Positions 12,747 to 25,330 of a DNA stretch of 64,000 nt are shown here, one piece after another. The position numbers and the translations under genes were made by a program. This stretch comes from Octopus sinensis (lineage: Eukaryota): the NCBI RefSeq assembly GCF_006345805.1, contig NC_042998.1, forward strand, positions 48,422,001 through 48,486,000. The letters run 5' to 3'. The stretch's first letter is position 1. Every line of letters starts with the position of its first letter. Below the pieces are notes generated by a model. It worked only from the letters and a program-made list of their open reading frames with translations. It was not told the origin of the DNA and did no database searches.

Positions 12747-14715
12747 ATGATAAGAACGAATCAACATTCAATTTGTTAGCGATCTTTATAGCAGTTTCTG
12801 TAACTAATCATGTATAAATGAATGTCGTACTATACAAATACACTCAACACATACAAACACACACGCGCACATACAGACACATACATGCAAAAATACATAT
12901 ACATATACACGTGTTTACACGTATACACATTAATGTAATTTCTTTCATAAACACAATACCAACGATATTTACTTTTACATTTTCTACGGTTCCACCTTTT
13001 GTTTAACACCTTAACTTTCACCATCGCTCTTTCGCTTTGTTTATCTTTCTATTTCTCCCCTCTCTCTTACTCTCTTATTACTGTCTTTCGTCTCTATTCA
13101 GTCGACTAAATCCCGCTCTAAGATATATGCAAGCGTTCTTTGAATATATTTTCTTTCACGCATATCAACTCCCATATCCCTAATTCACTCATTTTCCCAA
13201 TTAATCTCAATTTAGTCAAATAAATACTAACAAGCTCGAATAAGTAAAATAAAAAATTAATTCATATAAATCATACCCTTAGTAATAAAACAGTCATTAT
13301 CGATACGGTTAAAGAATAAGTACCAAACTTAAATCAAGTACTGGGGTCGAATTGTTCGTCCAGACCCATCAAGGTGGTGTCCCAGTATGACTGAGATAAA
13401 CAAAAGACTAAAACAGAGAAGAAAGAACATATAATATGCCCATTCGGAATAAGGTGTCGAAATCGCCATGACTTCAACAACTGATGAAGAGAGTCATGTT
13501 TAAATGTAGTGTGGTCGCTTTGTTAGACTAAACTCTTCAATCTGGTGCCCCAGTATGGCCGCAGTTCAGTAACTTTAATAAGTAATAGAATAAAAAAATA
13601 AAAGGAAAGAACATAACCTCATTCATTGTAACGTGTCGAAATCACCATGACCTCAACTACTGAAGAAGGCAGCCAACTGTTTATATCCATTTTGTTTTGA
13701 GTTTATTTTCCGTTTCTTATACGTTTTCGTTGCTCTGAGTGCTTATTTTCTTCCAAATTAGTTACTAATACACGAAGTGTTTTGCCCTCTGACACATACA
13801 CACATCCACATCCACACAATCCCACACACGCATACAGACACAGCGTGCACGCAGACACATGCACGCATACATATACATGTTTATATATGCGCGTATATGT
13901 GTGTGTGTATGCGAAAATGGAAAATGTATGCATGTGTATGCATGCATATGTTTATGCATCTTTAACAATATGCACACACATAATCACATTCAAATACAAT
14001 CTACACCTTACACACACACACACACACACACAATCACGCACAAACGCATACGCATATACACGCATTGCCACAGTAATATGCGAATATAACTTCGCTCTCG
14101 TCCCCTCATCTAGTTTCTCCTTATATCATCCCCAAATTACATTCGCTCATAAAATGTAATTTTATTCATGAAATAATTATTGTTAGTCAAAATATCGGAT
14201 ATTATACCAAATATATCTCCATTCTCTTCTGCAGAATAATTCCTGACCAATAGCATTTCTGCTTCAATTCCACCCTACTTTTTTTTTTTCTGCTTTTCAT
14301 TTCTTCGATGGATTTTTTAAAAATTTCACCAGTGTTTTTTTTGTTTTGTTTTTTCCCTTCCTGGTTTTGTTGTCTTTTTACAAAACTATGTATTTTTACA
14401 TAATGTTCAGCAAATGTATTTTAACTGCAGTCCAGACATATTCACCCATAAATATTCTATTACCATATTTATACCTCTTTATTAACTTACATCTCCTTTG
14501 GCAATCTTTCTCTCCCTTCTCCGCTCTCGATCTCTCTGTCTCTCATTTTGTCTCTCTCCCAAATTATCTATTTATCTTGCCGTCTTTCTCTTCTTTCTTT
14601 CAATCGCTCTCTCCATCAATATCACTTGTTAGCTACTGCGGTTCTTTTATTGTTCTTGTTCCTTAATTTACTTTTCCCAAACCATCTTCCTTTCCTAGTC
14701 ACATGCATACATACA

Positions 14716-14750
<35 letters not shown>

Positions 14751-14757
14751 GTATACA

Positions 14758-14797
<40 letters not shown>

Positions 14798-15559
14798 TGT
14801 ATGTATATGTATATACACATTTATATATACACACATGTATATACACTTATATATACATAAATACACACATACATATATCATATGTGTGTGTATGTGTGAA
14901 CGTGTATGATGCAGTGAGCGCGCTAGCATACAAGATAGAGAAGCCAAAACAATTTGAATTAATTAAAAACTATACCCTGAGCGATGACAGGAATCATTAT
15001 CTAAATTAGCAATTTTGGTTAAAAAAATAATAGAAAAGCAAATACCGAAATTTTAATTTATTAAAATTAATTGAGAATTGGGTGTAGTGAAAATTGTGGA
15101 TCATGCTATAACTCATCAACGAACGATAGTCTAGCTATTTATAAATATTAGAGATGCATATATGTAAGAACAATAACTGGAGTCATCAATTTAAGAAATA
15201 GCTGAGAGAAAATACACAGGATTGCCTGATGCTTAAAAGTTAATAGTACAGTAGACACTAACATATTTGATGTATTAAGCCGAGAAATTCTATTTTATCA
15301 AAAGTATATCCAGTAGAATGCTTGTTCCAGCGCATCTTCTTCGCCATCCTTCGAGGCAACGCCTTTTCCATTTTTTCTTCTGGAACCATGAGTCGGTCTG
15401 AATTACAGGAAATTGTATGTTCTGTTCCTTAATGTAACGTTTTTCAATGGCATATGTATACTGATGCTAATACACAATTTTCATGCTCTCACGAAAGTGT
15501 TTCTAATGCACAATTCTTATCCTCTCAAGAACAATTCTTTTCCTCTCCAGTTCACTCAG

Positions 15560-15765
15560 CCGTAGAAATTAGTTGCGACGTCACTGGTGCCAAGCTTTAA
15601 CGGCCTTTGCCTTTCCCTTGGATAACATCGGTGGCGTGAAGTGGGGAGGCTGCATACATGAATGACTGTTGGTTTTTCATAAACATCCTTGCCCCGACTT
15701 GTGCCATGGAGGGGAACTTTCTAGGTGCAATCTCATGGTCATTCATGACTGAAAGGGGGTTAGAG
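15560..15765 (+). mobile_element. Interspersed repeat, probable retroposon 3' tail
   Basis: Ends ..TTTCTAGGTGCAATCTCATGGTCATTCATGACTGAAAGGGGG, recognised as a common octopod repeat tail; classification uncertain. Confidence 0.35.
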
Positions 15766-15964
15766 ATCTCCTCAAGAAAGTCTTCTTCCTAGCGCACTTT
15801 GCATGTCAGTAAAACATTACTAAGACAAGTATAAAACTATCGCACGGCCGTATTTACGAGTGATAGGAAGCAGGAGTCTGAACTGGATGCTAGAAATTGC
15901 AGATATTTGACATTGTAAAGCACCAACCCCAGCATTCATTTCCCAGAAAAGAAGTTTGTATCTT

Positions 15965-16430
15965 CAGTTCGGTTTCCGTGCTTATCTTCAACCACGATCA
16001 TGAATGTTTGGTAATGACTGAAAGACAACGACCGAGAATGCAAGCGGGCAAAATGGGATCTCTTACTAAGGATCTCTAAAGTAGTATTACTCAACAGGGT
16101 GCGTAGCGCGGAGATCAGGTAGTTTCTCCAGGTTGTGCAGCTATTTCTCTGCTTTGAGAGGACACAGCTCCGGTACTACGGACATGTGATAAGAATGTCG
16201 CAGGAAAGAATCGTAAGACAGGTTCTTCAAACCTAGTAAACTGGGAGGAGACTGTGGTGTTGACCAAGAAAGAGATCTTTGGATAATATCCATAATCTCC
16301 GTTGGTCGCGCTTGGAAGTCCAGCTGGAAAGACTTACAGTTGCTTCTGATAGGAATGTATGGAGGAGGTAACTGGGAGCTCTACTACCGACCCTCCCAGG
16401 GCTAGAGGGCGGAGAAGTAAGATGGGTGGG
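15965..16430 (+). mobile_element. RTE-clade LINE 3' fragment (decayed)
   Basis: HECLVMTERQRPRMQA..RTQLRYYGHVIRMSQERIVRQVLQ..; same family as 6935-7335. Confidence 0.7.
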
Positions 16431-16787
16431 TATAAAAGTGTACTTTTAGTAATGAGAACAATGTAATCCATATCTAATGACTAATTCTTGGAAAAGAATT
16501 TTAAAAATCAGGCGAGACAAATTTATTTATGTGTTTGCATCCTCTCGTATTTGTATTTCCATTATCTGAATCTCTCTCACATCCTCCTCCATCTCTACGT
16601 CTGGTATTTTTCTTTTTCTTTACCTTCTTTTTTTTTTGTCTCTTCAGTTAACAATTGTTATTTCTTTCTTTCCTTTCTGCCGCCAAAGTTCAACTTCCCT
16701 CTTTTCTCACAGATTCTCTGTCTTTTTTCGTGTCTTCTTCCTCTTTCTCCTCCTGATCCTTCTCCTTCACCTCCTCTTCTTTTTCTT

Positions 16788-16980
16788 CTCATCATCATCA
16801 TCATCATTATCATCATCATCATCACCATCATTGTCATCACCACCATCATCATCATTGTCATCGTCATCTTCGTCATCAACATCATAGTCGTCGTCGTCAT
16901 CGTCATCATCGTCGTCGTCATCTTCGTCGTCGTCGTCATCATCATCACCATCATCATTATCATCGTCGTCACCATCATTT
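16788..16980. repeat. (ATC)n/(GTC)n trinucleotide tract
   Basis: Directly visible; source of the poly-I/M/S ORFs. Confidence 0.95.
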
Positions 16981-17304
16981 CTCTCTCTTTTCCATTCTCC
17001 ATTCCGTTTTTCTTTTACTTTACCTAGTTAACTTTCCGTCTTTTTTTTTTTTTAAATCCCTCCTATCTTTTGTCTCATTACTAGTTTCTGTATTTGCTTT
17101 TTCATTTTCTCACCATCTCTCATTCTTTATGTCCAACTCCTTTTATCCTCATCTTTCTATATCTTCTCGTCCTTTTAGTCTTACGTGCTCTAACACTCAC
17201 TCCATACCAGTCAAAATAGCCATGTATTTAGCGAAACGCTCGGCGCAAAGCAAATAGGTTTTGAACAACGCAAAGCAATGTTTTCATTATTAGAAAGAAC
17301 GAAG

Positions 17305-17910
17305 AAAGGCGGTAAGCTGGCAGGATCATTACCGCGTCGAGCAAAATGCTTAGTGCCATTTTGTCCGTCCTTACATTCTGAGTGGAGGCGCAATGGCCCA
17401 GTGGTTAGGGCAGCGGACTCGCGGTCATAGGATCGCGGTTTCGATTCCCAGACCGGGCGTTGTGAGTGTTTATTGAGCTAAAACGCCTAAAGCTCCACGA
17501 GGCTCTGGCAGGGGATGGTGGTGATCCCTGCTGTACTCTTTCACCACAACTTTCTCTCACTCTTACTTCCTGTTTCTGTTGTACCTGTATTTCAAAGGGC
17601 CGGCCTTGTCACTCTCTGTGTCACGCTGAATATCCCCGAGAACTACGTTAAGGGTACACGTGTCTGTGGAATGCTCAGCCACTTACACGTTAATTTCATG
17701 AGCAGGCTGTTCCGTTGATTCGGATCAACCGGAACCCTCATCGTCGTAACCGACGGTGTGCTTCCAAACATTCTGAGTTCAAACGCAGCCGAGGTCGACA
17801 TTGCCTCTCATCCATTTGGGATCGATAAATTAAATACCATTGAAACACTGGGGTCGATGTTATCCTCTAGTACCCTCACCCAAAACTTCAGACATTGTGC
17901 TTTTAGTAGA
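17305..17910 (+). mobile_element. Older family A-related SINE split by a family C insertion
   Basis: Family A head at 17305-17383 resumes at 17768 after an 11-bp duplication ACATTCTGAGT. Confidence 0.75.
17384..17767 (+). mobile_element. tRNA-derived SINE family C, full length, with TSD
   Basis: Head GGAGGCGCAATGGCCCAGTGGTTAGG, B box GGTTTCGATTCCC; TSD ACATTCTGAGT at 17373-17383 and 17768-17778; second copy at 49930. Confidence 0.85.
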
Positions 17911-17929
17911 ACGGAATATTAGGACCAAG

Positions 17930-18130
17930 AAGGCAATGAGCTGGCAGAATCGTTAGCACGCTGGGTAAAATGCTTCGTGGCATATTGTCCGTTCTTGCGT
18001 TCTGGGTTCAAATTCCGCCGAAGTCGACTTTGCCTTTCATCCTTTCGGGGTTGATAAAATAAGTAGCAGTTGAGCACAGGGGTCGATGTAATCGACTTAC
18101 GCCTTCCCCGAAATTGCTTGAATTGTATCA
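17930..18130 (-). mobile_element. SINE family A-related copy
   Basis: Contains the family core (GTCGACTTTGCCTTTCATCCTTTCGGGG) in a rearranged or diverged copy; orientation of parts uncertain. Confidence 0.55.
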
Positions 18131-18161
18131 CGATTTTGTGGGGTACGGAGAAAAATATATA

Positions 18162-18552
18162 GCCAGGAGTGGCTGTATGGTAAGTAGTTTGCTTACCAAC
18201 CACATGGTTCCAGGTTCAGTCCCACTGAGTGGCATCTTGGGCAAGTGACTTCTACTTTAGCTTCGGGCCGACCAAAGCCTTGTGAGTGGATTTGGTAAAC
18301 GGAAACTGATAGAAGCCTGTCGTATATGCATGTGTGTATATGTCTGTGTATGTGTGTTTGTTCCCTCAACATCGCTTGACAACCGATGCTGGTGTGTTTT
18401 GTGACCCCGTAACTTAGCAGTTCGGCAAAAGAGACTGATAGAATAAGTGCTAGGCTTACAAAGAATAAGTCCTGGGATCGATTCGCTCGACTAAAGGCAG
18501 TGCTCCAGCATGGCCGCAGTCAAATGACTGAAACAAGTAAAAGAGTAAAGAG
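18162..18552 (+). mobile_element. SINE family B
   Basis: Homologous to 4628-5059. Confidence 0.85.
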
Positions 18553-18555
18553 ATT

Positions 18556-18743
18556 ATTCTATATTTAAGAGATTTGGAATTATGTACATTATTTATATTA
18601 TTTACATTAATTACCTTCGACGGATATTTGTCCCCATCTTGTTTGTTGTTAACACAACGTTTCGGCTGATATACCCTCCAGCCTTCTTCAAATGTCTTGG
18701 GAAAATTTCGAACCTGGGTTCTCATTCCTAAGGTATTTTTCGA

Positions 18744-18797
<54 letters not shown>

Positions 18798-18872
18798 CCG
18801 GGTCACTGCCTGGAATCGAATTCGGAATCTTGGGGTTAGTAGCCCGCGCTCTTAACCACTATGCCATATGCC
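18556..18872 (-). mobile_element. SINE family D (tRNA head + hammerhead-like tail), inverted partner
   Basis: Minus strand: GGCATATGGCATAGTGGTTAAG (A box), GAATTCGATTCC (B box), (TAA)n, then GACAT-TTGAAGA-A-GGCTG-loop-CAGCC-GAAACGTT-GTGTT (C3 mutated to T). Confidence 0.8.
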
Positions 18873-18873
18873 A

Positions 18874-18937
18874 GTAGTGGTTAAGAGCGCGGGCTACTAA
18901 CCCCAAGATTCCGAGTTCGATTCTAAGCAGTGACCTG

Positions 18938-18968
<31 letters not shown>

Positions 18969-19115
18969 TCGAAAAATACCTTAGGAATGAGAACCCAGGT
19001 TCGAAGTTTCCCCAAGACACCTGAAGGTTATCAGCCGAAATGTTGTGTTAACAACAAACAAGATGAGGACAAATATCCGTCGAATGTGAATAATGTAAAT
19101 AATGTAAATAATGAA
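18874..19115 (+). mobile_element. SINE family D, direct partner (ribozyme core partly deleted)
   Basis: Same head, (CAA)n spacer; GACAC-CTGAAG[deletion]GTTATCAGCC-GAAATGTT-GTGTT. Confidence 0.8.
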
Positions 19116-19720
19116 TATATAGACTACTCTTCTGTCCTATTCGACGTTTCCCTCCCACATACCTTTCTCTCAAAAGAATACATAGTTCCGCAGTACACCC
19201 TCCCCCGTCACCCTTTCATATTTTCATCAACTATATGACTTTTATCGGGTTAAACACATTCAAAAAAATGTCTAAGAGAGCAAGGGAACTTTATCTCACC
19301 TAACTATGATATATAATCGCTCTGATCGGACTGCTCTGTTACAGTCTCAAATATATACCCGTCTGTTCTAACTTGCCTTATTTTCTGTTCTAATTTGATT
19401 TCTATATTTGTTGTACCGTATTGTCGTTTTCAGTTTAATGCATCACCAAATATTTTTCTATTTTTGCAAATGACGCCATTTCGTTAATTCAGAGTATATA
19501 AGTTTCTATGTTTAGAGAAATGCAATTTATTTGATAAGAAATTATGGCTTGCTCGACTCTTACCAATCAGAATTGTTTAATAATCTCCATTTAAGCATCT
19601 ATCCTAATGTTTTCAACTTGAGCTTCTGAAAACGAGATCTGAGGGAAGGTTGTGCGAGAGGTCGCTTGGAGTTGGGGGTTGCATTAGAAATAGAGACATA
19701 CAGGATATTAACATATGTTA

Positions 19721-19939
19721 TCTATTTCTTTACTACCCACAAGGGGCTAAACACAGAGGGGACAAACAAGGACAGACAAACGGATTAAGTCGATTACATC
19801 GACCTCAGTGCGTAACTGGTACTTAATTTATCGACCCCGAAAGGATAAAAGGCGGAATTTGAACTCAGAACGCAGCGGCGGACGAAATACCGCAAAGCAT
19901 TTCGCCCGGCGTGCTAACGTTTCTGCCAGCTCGCCGCCT
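19721..19939 (-). mobile_element. SINE family A, near full length
   Basis: Near-consensus with a small internal deletion. Confidence 0.85.
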
Positions 19940-20550
19940 TCATAATAACATATGTTATCGTTTATCTTTTGCGTGTTTCATTTCATTCATTGATCTACTT
20001 CCCTAGTTTACTTCCCAACAATGTGGTCCTAGGTTCATTCCCACTGTGTGCCTCTTTGGACAAGTGAGTGAATTTGGCAGACGGAAACTGGAAGAAGTCC
20101 GTTGGAAATATATGCGTGTGTATGGGTGAGTGTGTGTGCATGTGTATGTATGTATGTATGTATGTGTGTTTGTGTTTGTGTTTGACATCATCATCATTTG
20201 ATAGTCGGTGTTGGTCAATTTACGAAAAAATTATTTATTTCTTCGGCAAAAGAGATTGATGGAATAAGTACCAGGTTTCAAAATAGATAATGGCGTTGAT
20301 TTGCTCAACTAAACCCTTCAAGGCGGTGCCCCAGCATCGCTGCAATGCAAACACTGAGAAGTAAAAGATAAACGATTAATGATATGTGTGTGTGTGTGTG
20401 TGTGTGTGTGAGTGTGTGTACTAGCTGAATTACCCATGGAATAAACAAACATTGATATAAGATATTCTATTGTAAAAATTACCCGACAACAACGGGCTAT
20501 TATATGGATGAAAAGGAAATACATTATTTATTGCTTTATTGTTTCAGTTT

Positions 20551-20765
20551 ACTCTTTTACTCTTTTACTTGTTTCAGTCATTTGACTGCGGCCATGCTGG
20601 AGCACCGCCTTTAGTCGAGCAAATCGACCCCGGGACTTATTCTTTGTAAGCCTGGTACTTATTCTATCGGTCTCTTTTTGCCGAACCGCTAAGTGACGGG
20701 GACGTAAACACACCAGCATCGGTTGTCAAGCAATGCTAGGGGGACAAACACAGACACACAAACAT

Positions 20766-20797
<32 letters not shown>

Positions 20798-20967
20798 ATA
20801 TATACGACAGGCTTCTTTCAGTTTCCGTCTACCAAATCCACTCACAAGGCATTGGTCGGCCCGAGGCTATAGCAGAAGACATTTGCCCAAGATGCCACGC
20901 AGTGGGACTGAACCCGAAACCATGTGGTTGGTAGGCAAGCTACTTACCACACAGCCACTCCTGCGCC
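20551..20967 (-). mobile_element. SINE family B, full length
   Basis: Very similar to 8754-9176. Confidence 0.85.
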
Positions 20968-22650
20968 TATGGTAAAGTTTTAATAAATCTTAATACGGTG
21001 ATTTGAAAAGAAATATAAAAACACTTTGCCTTTCATTTCTTAGTTTTACATCTGTTGATGCAGATATTATAACAGTTTTTGACTGAGCATACGATAGTTA
21101 ATTCCCTAAAGCGTATGCGTTAACTGGCAAGTAAAAATTCAGTAAACATTTCTCTCTCCTGCTCTGTCCTTGTCTCTGTCTCTCACATTCCCTGTCTCTC
21201 TGTCTCCTCCCCATCCCTGATATCAGTCACCCTCATTATGCCATCACATTTCCCTCATCCTAACACTTTTACACCATTCTCATTTTATCATATAATAGCG
21301 CAACCCTGTAGGAAGGCCCATTAGCAATTTTTATTGAAATCCAATTAGCCTATAATTGAACTGGATGCTAGATTAACATGTATGAAACGTTTCGTGAAGA
21401 TTAGTTTGCTGGTTTAATCAGCAAGATGGTAACAGACAGAAATTGCCATTTATATATAAGACACCTACTATATAAATGAGAGTGTATGTATGTAGTATGT
21501 ATGTATGTATGTATGTATGTATGTATGTATGTATGTATGTATGTATGTATGTATGTGCGTATGTATGAATGCATGTATGTATTTATGTGAATATGTCATG
21601 GAAAGGTCCCAAAACGGTGCGTCATCGAGAAAAACGAATTCGATTTTCGAAATTCGTGTCTCAACAAGGTATTCAGTTATAATTAATCAAAAATAGAATT
21701 TTCTAAAAGAAATAACAAAAAAATTTAGATCAACAAATCTACCACTCTCTGTCTTTCTCCACTAGGTTCTCTCTTTTATACCTTTCCCTCTCTAGATATT
21801 TACCCTACACTTACTCACTTTCTCTCTGTATATGTATATCTCTCACGCATGCTGTTACCCGTCTCTGTCTTGATATGAGATAATTGCTTTCATTTTGTTT
21901 TCAACTTCATCGTTGTAACATTTATTTTCATTGGACAGCTATCACGCAAAAAAAATGCTACATTCCAAATCCTATTTTCTGATTGAGTAAAAATTATCTA
22001 ACTTCAAACCTCAGTAACATTTTGCTTAAATTTTTCTGAAATAAATGAGTCTCAAAATTGGATTCAGCGAGAAAAAATATATGAATATATCGAACTTGAA
22101 AATCATCACTTAATTTCAAAATTTTAAAATCTATGACGGCAACAGAAAAGTTCTCTCTATTTCTCTATATATGTATGTTTATGCTTTAATCATTGTAAAT
22201 TTTTCCCCCTCTCTATAAACATTTACCACACTTTCCTTCACTTCTGCATATGTACATCTCTCTCACTGTGTGCGTGCGTGCGTGCATGTATGAGAGCGTG
22301 CAAGAAATTTCATTGGGGCGACAGAGTCGAAAGACCATAAGAAAGCATCAGTAGCGAACTAAGAAAAATCTTTTCTAGGATAGACCAGATGGGAAAACAA
22401 AAGCATAGTTTCTACATGCATTATAAATCATACCAAATAATGCAGAAGACTATCCTGAGCAAAAGGTCTATCAGTCTTACATGGAGCGAAAAAGAAATTA
22501 AAATAAAGTCACTCTATTATGAGAATCGCTCAGCAACGACGGGATACTCAGCTAGTGTGCGTATGTATGTATGTATGTATGTATGTATGTATGTATGTAT
22601 GTATGTATGTATGTATATATATATATATATATATATATGCACATCCATAC

Positions 22651-23933
22651 ATGATGCTAGGCGTTTCCATAAAATAATGGAAACACCTAATATCATAGCA
22701 ACATTATTTTTGAATATATATAAAACCGTCAAAAGCTTGTTTATTTTTGTTTTTTATTTATTATTTGTGTTGCTTAATATGTTCTACTAAAATTGCTATT
22801 TCCTTTTACATATCATCAGAAAAAGTTAATTAAAATTCATTAAAATGACAGATCTATCGGACTTTTAAAGAGATCAAATTGTAGGTTTCCGTATGGCAGG
22901 CGCTAGCGTAACGAAAACAGCCGAAATGTTTGGTGTATCAAGAAGTACTGTCTCGAAAGTAATGATAGCCATTGAGAAAGAGGGAAAAACCTCCTCGCCG
23001 AAACAAAACTCCGGAAGGAAACCAAAACTTTCGGATAGGGACCGTCGGACTCTTATGCGAATTGTTAGAAAGGATCACGAAAGTACAGATCCCAAAATTA
23101 CTGCAGAGTTTAATGACCACCTCGAGAACCCAGTCTCCACAAAACTGTTCGCCGGGAGCTACACAAAGCCGGATATCACAGGAGGGCTGCAATCAGAAAA
23201 CCACAACTTTAAAAAACAAACGTTGTAAAGCGTTTAGAGTGGAGTAAAAACCTATACAAGTGGTCCCTAGAGAAGTGGAAGAATGTTATTTTCTTGGATG
23301 AGTCACCCTTTACCTTATTTCCGACAACCAGCCGGGTATACGTGTGGAGACAGCCAAAAGAAGCATCTGATCTAGACTGCCTTCTTCCAACTGTTAAACA
23401 TGGGGGGGGGGATCTGTGATGATTTTGGGGGGAGGGGCTACATTTTGGAAATCCGCCGGCCCAATGGTTTTCCTTCATAACAGAATTAATAGTCAAGACT
23501 ATTTAAGCATTTTATCTGATCAAATTCATCCTAGGGTTGCGGAACTGTTTCCCGAGGGAAACACAATCTTTCAGGATGTTAATGCACTAATTCACACAGC
23601 TAAAGTTGTTACTGAATGGCGCGAGGAACATTCTAGTGAAGTTGAACATCTTATCTGGCCACCACAGTCCCAAGATCTAAATATTATTGATCATTTATGG
23701 TGCATTTTAGAAAAACAAGAAAGGAGTCGATATCCCCCACCATCATCACAAGAACTGGAGACTGTTTTAGCTGAAGAATGGACAAAAATTCCTTTAGAAA
23801 AAATTCAAACTTTGTACGAGTCCATACCTCATAGAATTCATGGTGTAATTACTACCAAAGGCGATCCTACCCCATATAAAATTAAATTTGTGTGAAATTT
23901 TAAAGGTGTTTCCATTATTTTGTCCAACTCCTG
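22651..23933 (+). mobile_element. Tc1-family DNA transposon with pseudogenised DD36E-spaced (Incomer-like) transposase
   Basis: Transposase starts ATG 22845 (MTDLSDF*RDQIVG..GASVTKTA), includes GRKPKL, FLDES, VKHGGG, FQDVNA and WPPQSQDLNIIDHLW motifs; right TIR ends CTG|TA at 23933; left TIR core AAAATAATGGAAACACCT at 22671-22688; premature stop and frameshifts. Confidence 0.9.
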
Positions 23934-23948
23934 TATATATATATATAC

Positions 23949-23991
<43 letters not shown>

Positions 23992-24404
23992 CACGTACGC
24001 ACATACATTCATACACACACACACACATACAAACATACATATGCATTCAAAGTTAGATGTGTTTGTATGTGGCCGCGATTTAATGAGGGAACATATGTAT
24101 ATGCGAATAAACGATATGGGACTTAAGTCTCCATTTGACACTATTAGAGCTTTCTATTTCTGCCCCATATATTCCACTAAAATAATGACAATAATAATAA
24201 TCTTTTCTAATAAAGGCACAAGCCCTGAGATTTTGGGATAGGGGACAAGTCTGTTTCACTGGTACTTAATTTATCGACCCCAAAAGGATAATGGCAAACC
24301 CGACCTCGGCGGGATCTGAATTCAAAACAAAAAAAAAACAGCCGAAATACTGCTAAGCATTTTGCCCGGCATGCGAACTATTCTGTCACCACGCAGCCTT
24401 AATA

Positions 24405-24427
24405 ATGATGATAATAATAATAATAAC

Positions 24428-24493
<66 letters not shown>

Positions 24494-24800
24494 GGGTTTC
24501 AAATATTTGACACAAGGTCAGCAAGTTCAGAGAAGAGGACTAGTCGATTACATCGACCTTAATATTTAGTCAATAGTAAGAAAAGAAGAAGAAGAAGAAG
24601 AAGAAGAAGAAGAAGAAGAAGAAGAAGAAGAAGAAGAAGAAGAAGAAGAAGAAGAAGAAGAAGAAGAAGAAGAAGAGAAGAGAAGAAGAAGAAGAAGAGA
24701 AGAAGAAGAAGAAGAAGAGAAGAGAAGAAGAAGAAGAAGAAGAAGAAGAAGAAGAAGAAGAAGAAGAAGAAGAAGAAGAAGAAGAAGAAGAAGAAGAAAC
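24405..24800. repeat. (AAT)n and long (AAG)n microsatellites around a SINE fragment
   Basis: Directly visible. Confidence 0.95.
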
Positions 24801-25136
24801 GGAAACGTATGGAATTGTCTTTAAATGTCCTTAATGCTTCTGGCGCTATTAAGAATTTTAAGAATTTGGGGAACATCGCAGCGTGATGTTTAAACTTCTC
24901 TCTGATTAGATAAAATTCCAAGCAAAATATTTTACTCATTATCCACGGAAATCAAATAAATTTTTTCTTTCTTTTATTTTTTTTTTCGTATCAACAGTGA
25001 GGTGACTAAGCTAGTGTGATAAAGCATTAATACGGTGGTCCTGATGTGCATGTGTGTGTGTGTGTGTATGTGTGTGTGCGCGCGCGCGTGTGTGTGTGTG
25101 TGTGTGTGAGTGTGTGTGTGTGTTAGCATGTATGTA

Positions 25137-25330
25137 TACGAAAGGGTGCTGAAAAGTTCCTGACTTTAAGGGCGTCTCGAAAGGCATGGCTGGAGGCCCA
25201 ATTTTCCATGTTCTTTTGCAAGGGTTAGAAAATCTGAGAGGGGAATATGTCATGTTGAATAAAATCAAAATTAACTGATCCTCGTGTATTTTCCTTTATC
25301 CAAAACCAGGGTTTGCAGGAACTTTGTTGG

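Noticed and set aside
13440-13680. Two diverged direct repeats containing GAAA...CTGA(T/A)GA (possible type II hammerheads)
   Set aside because: No U-H cleavage site or consistent stems; treated as a local duplication.
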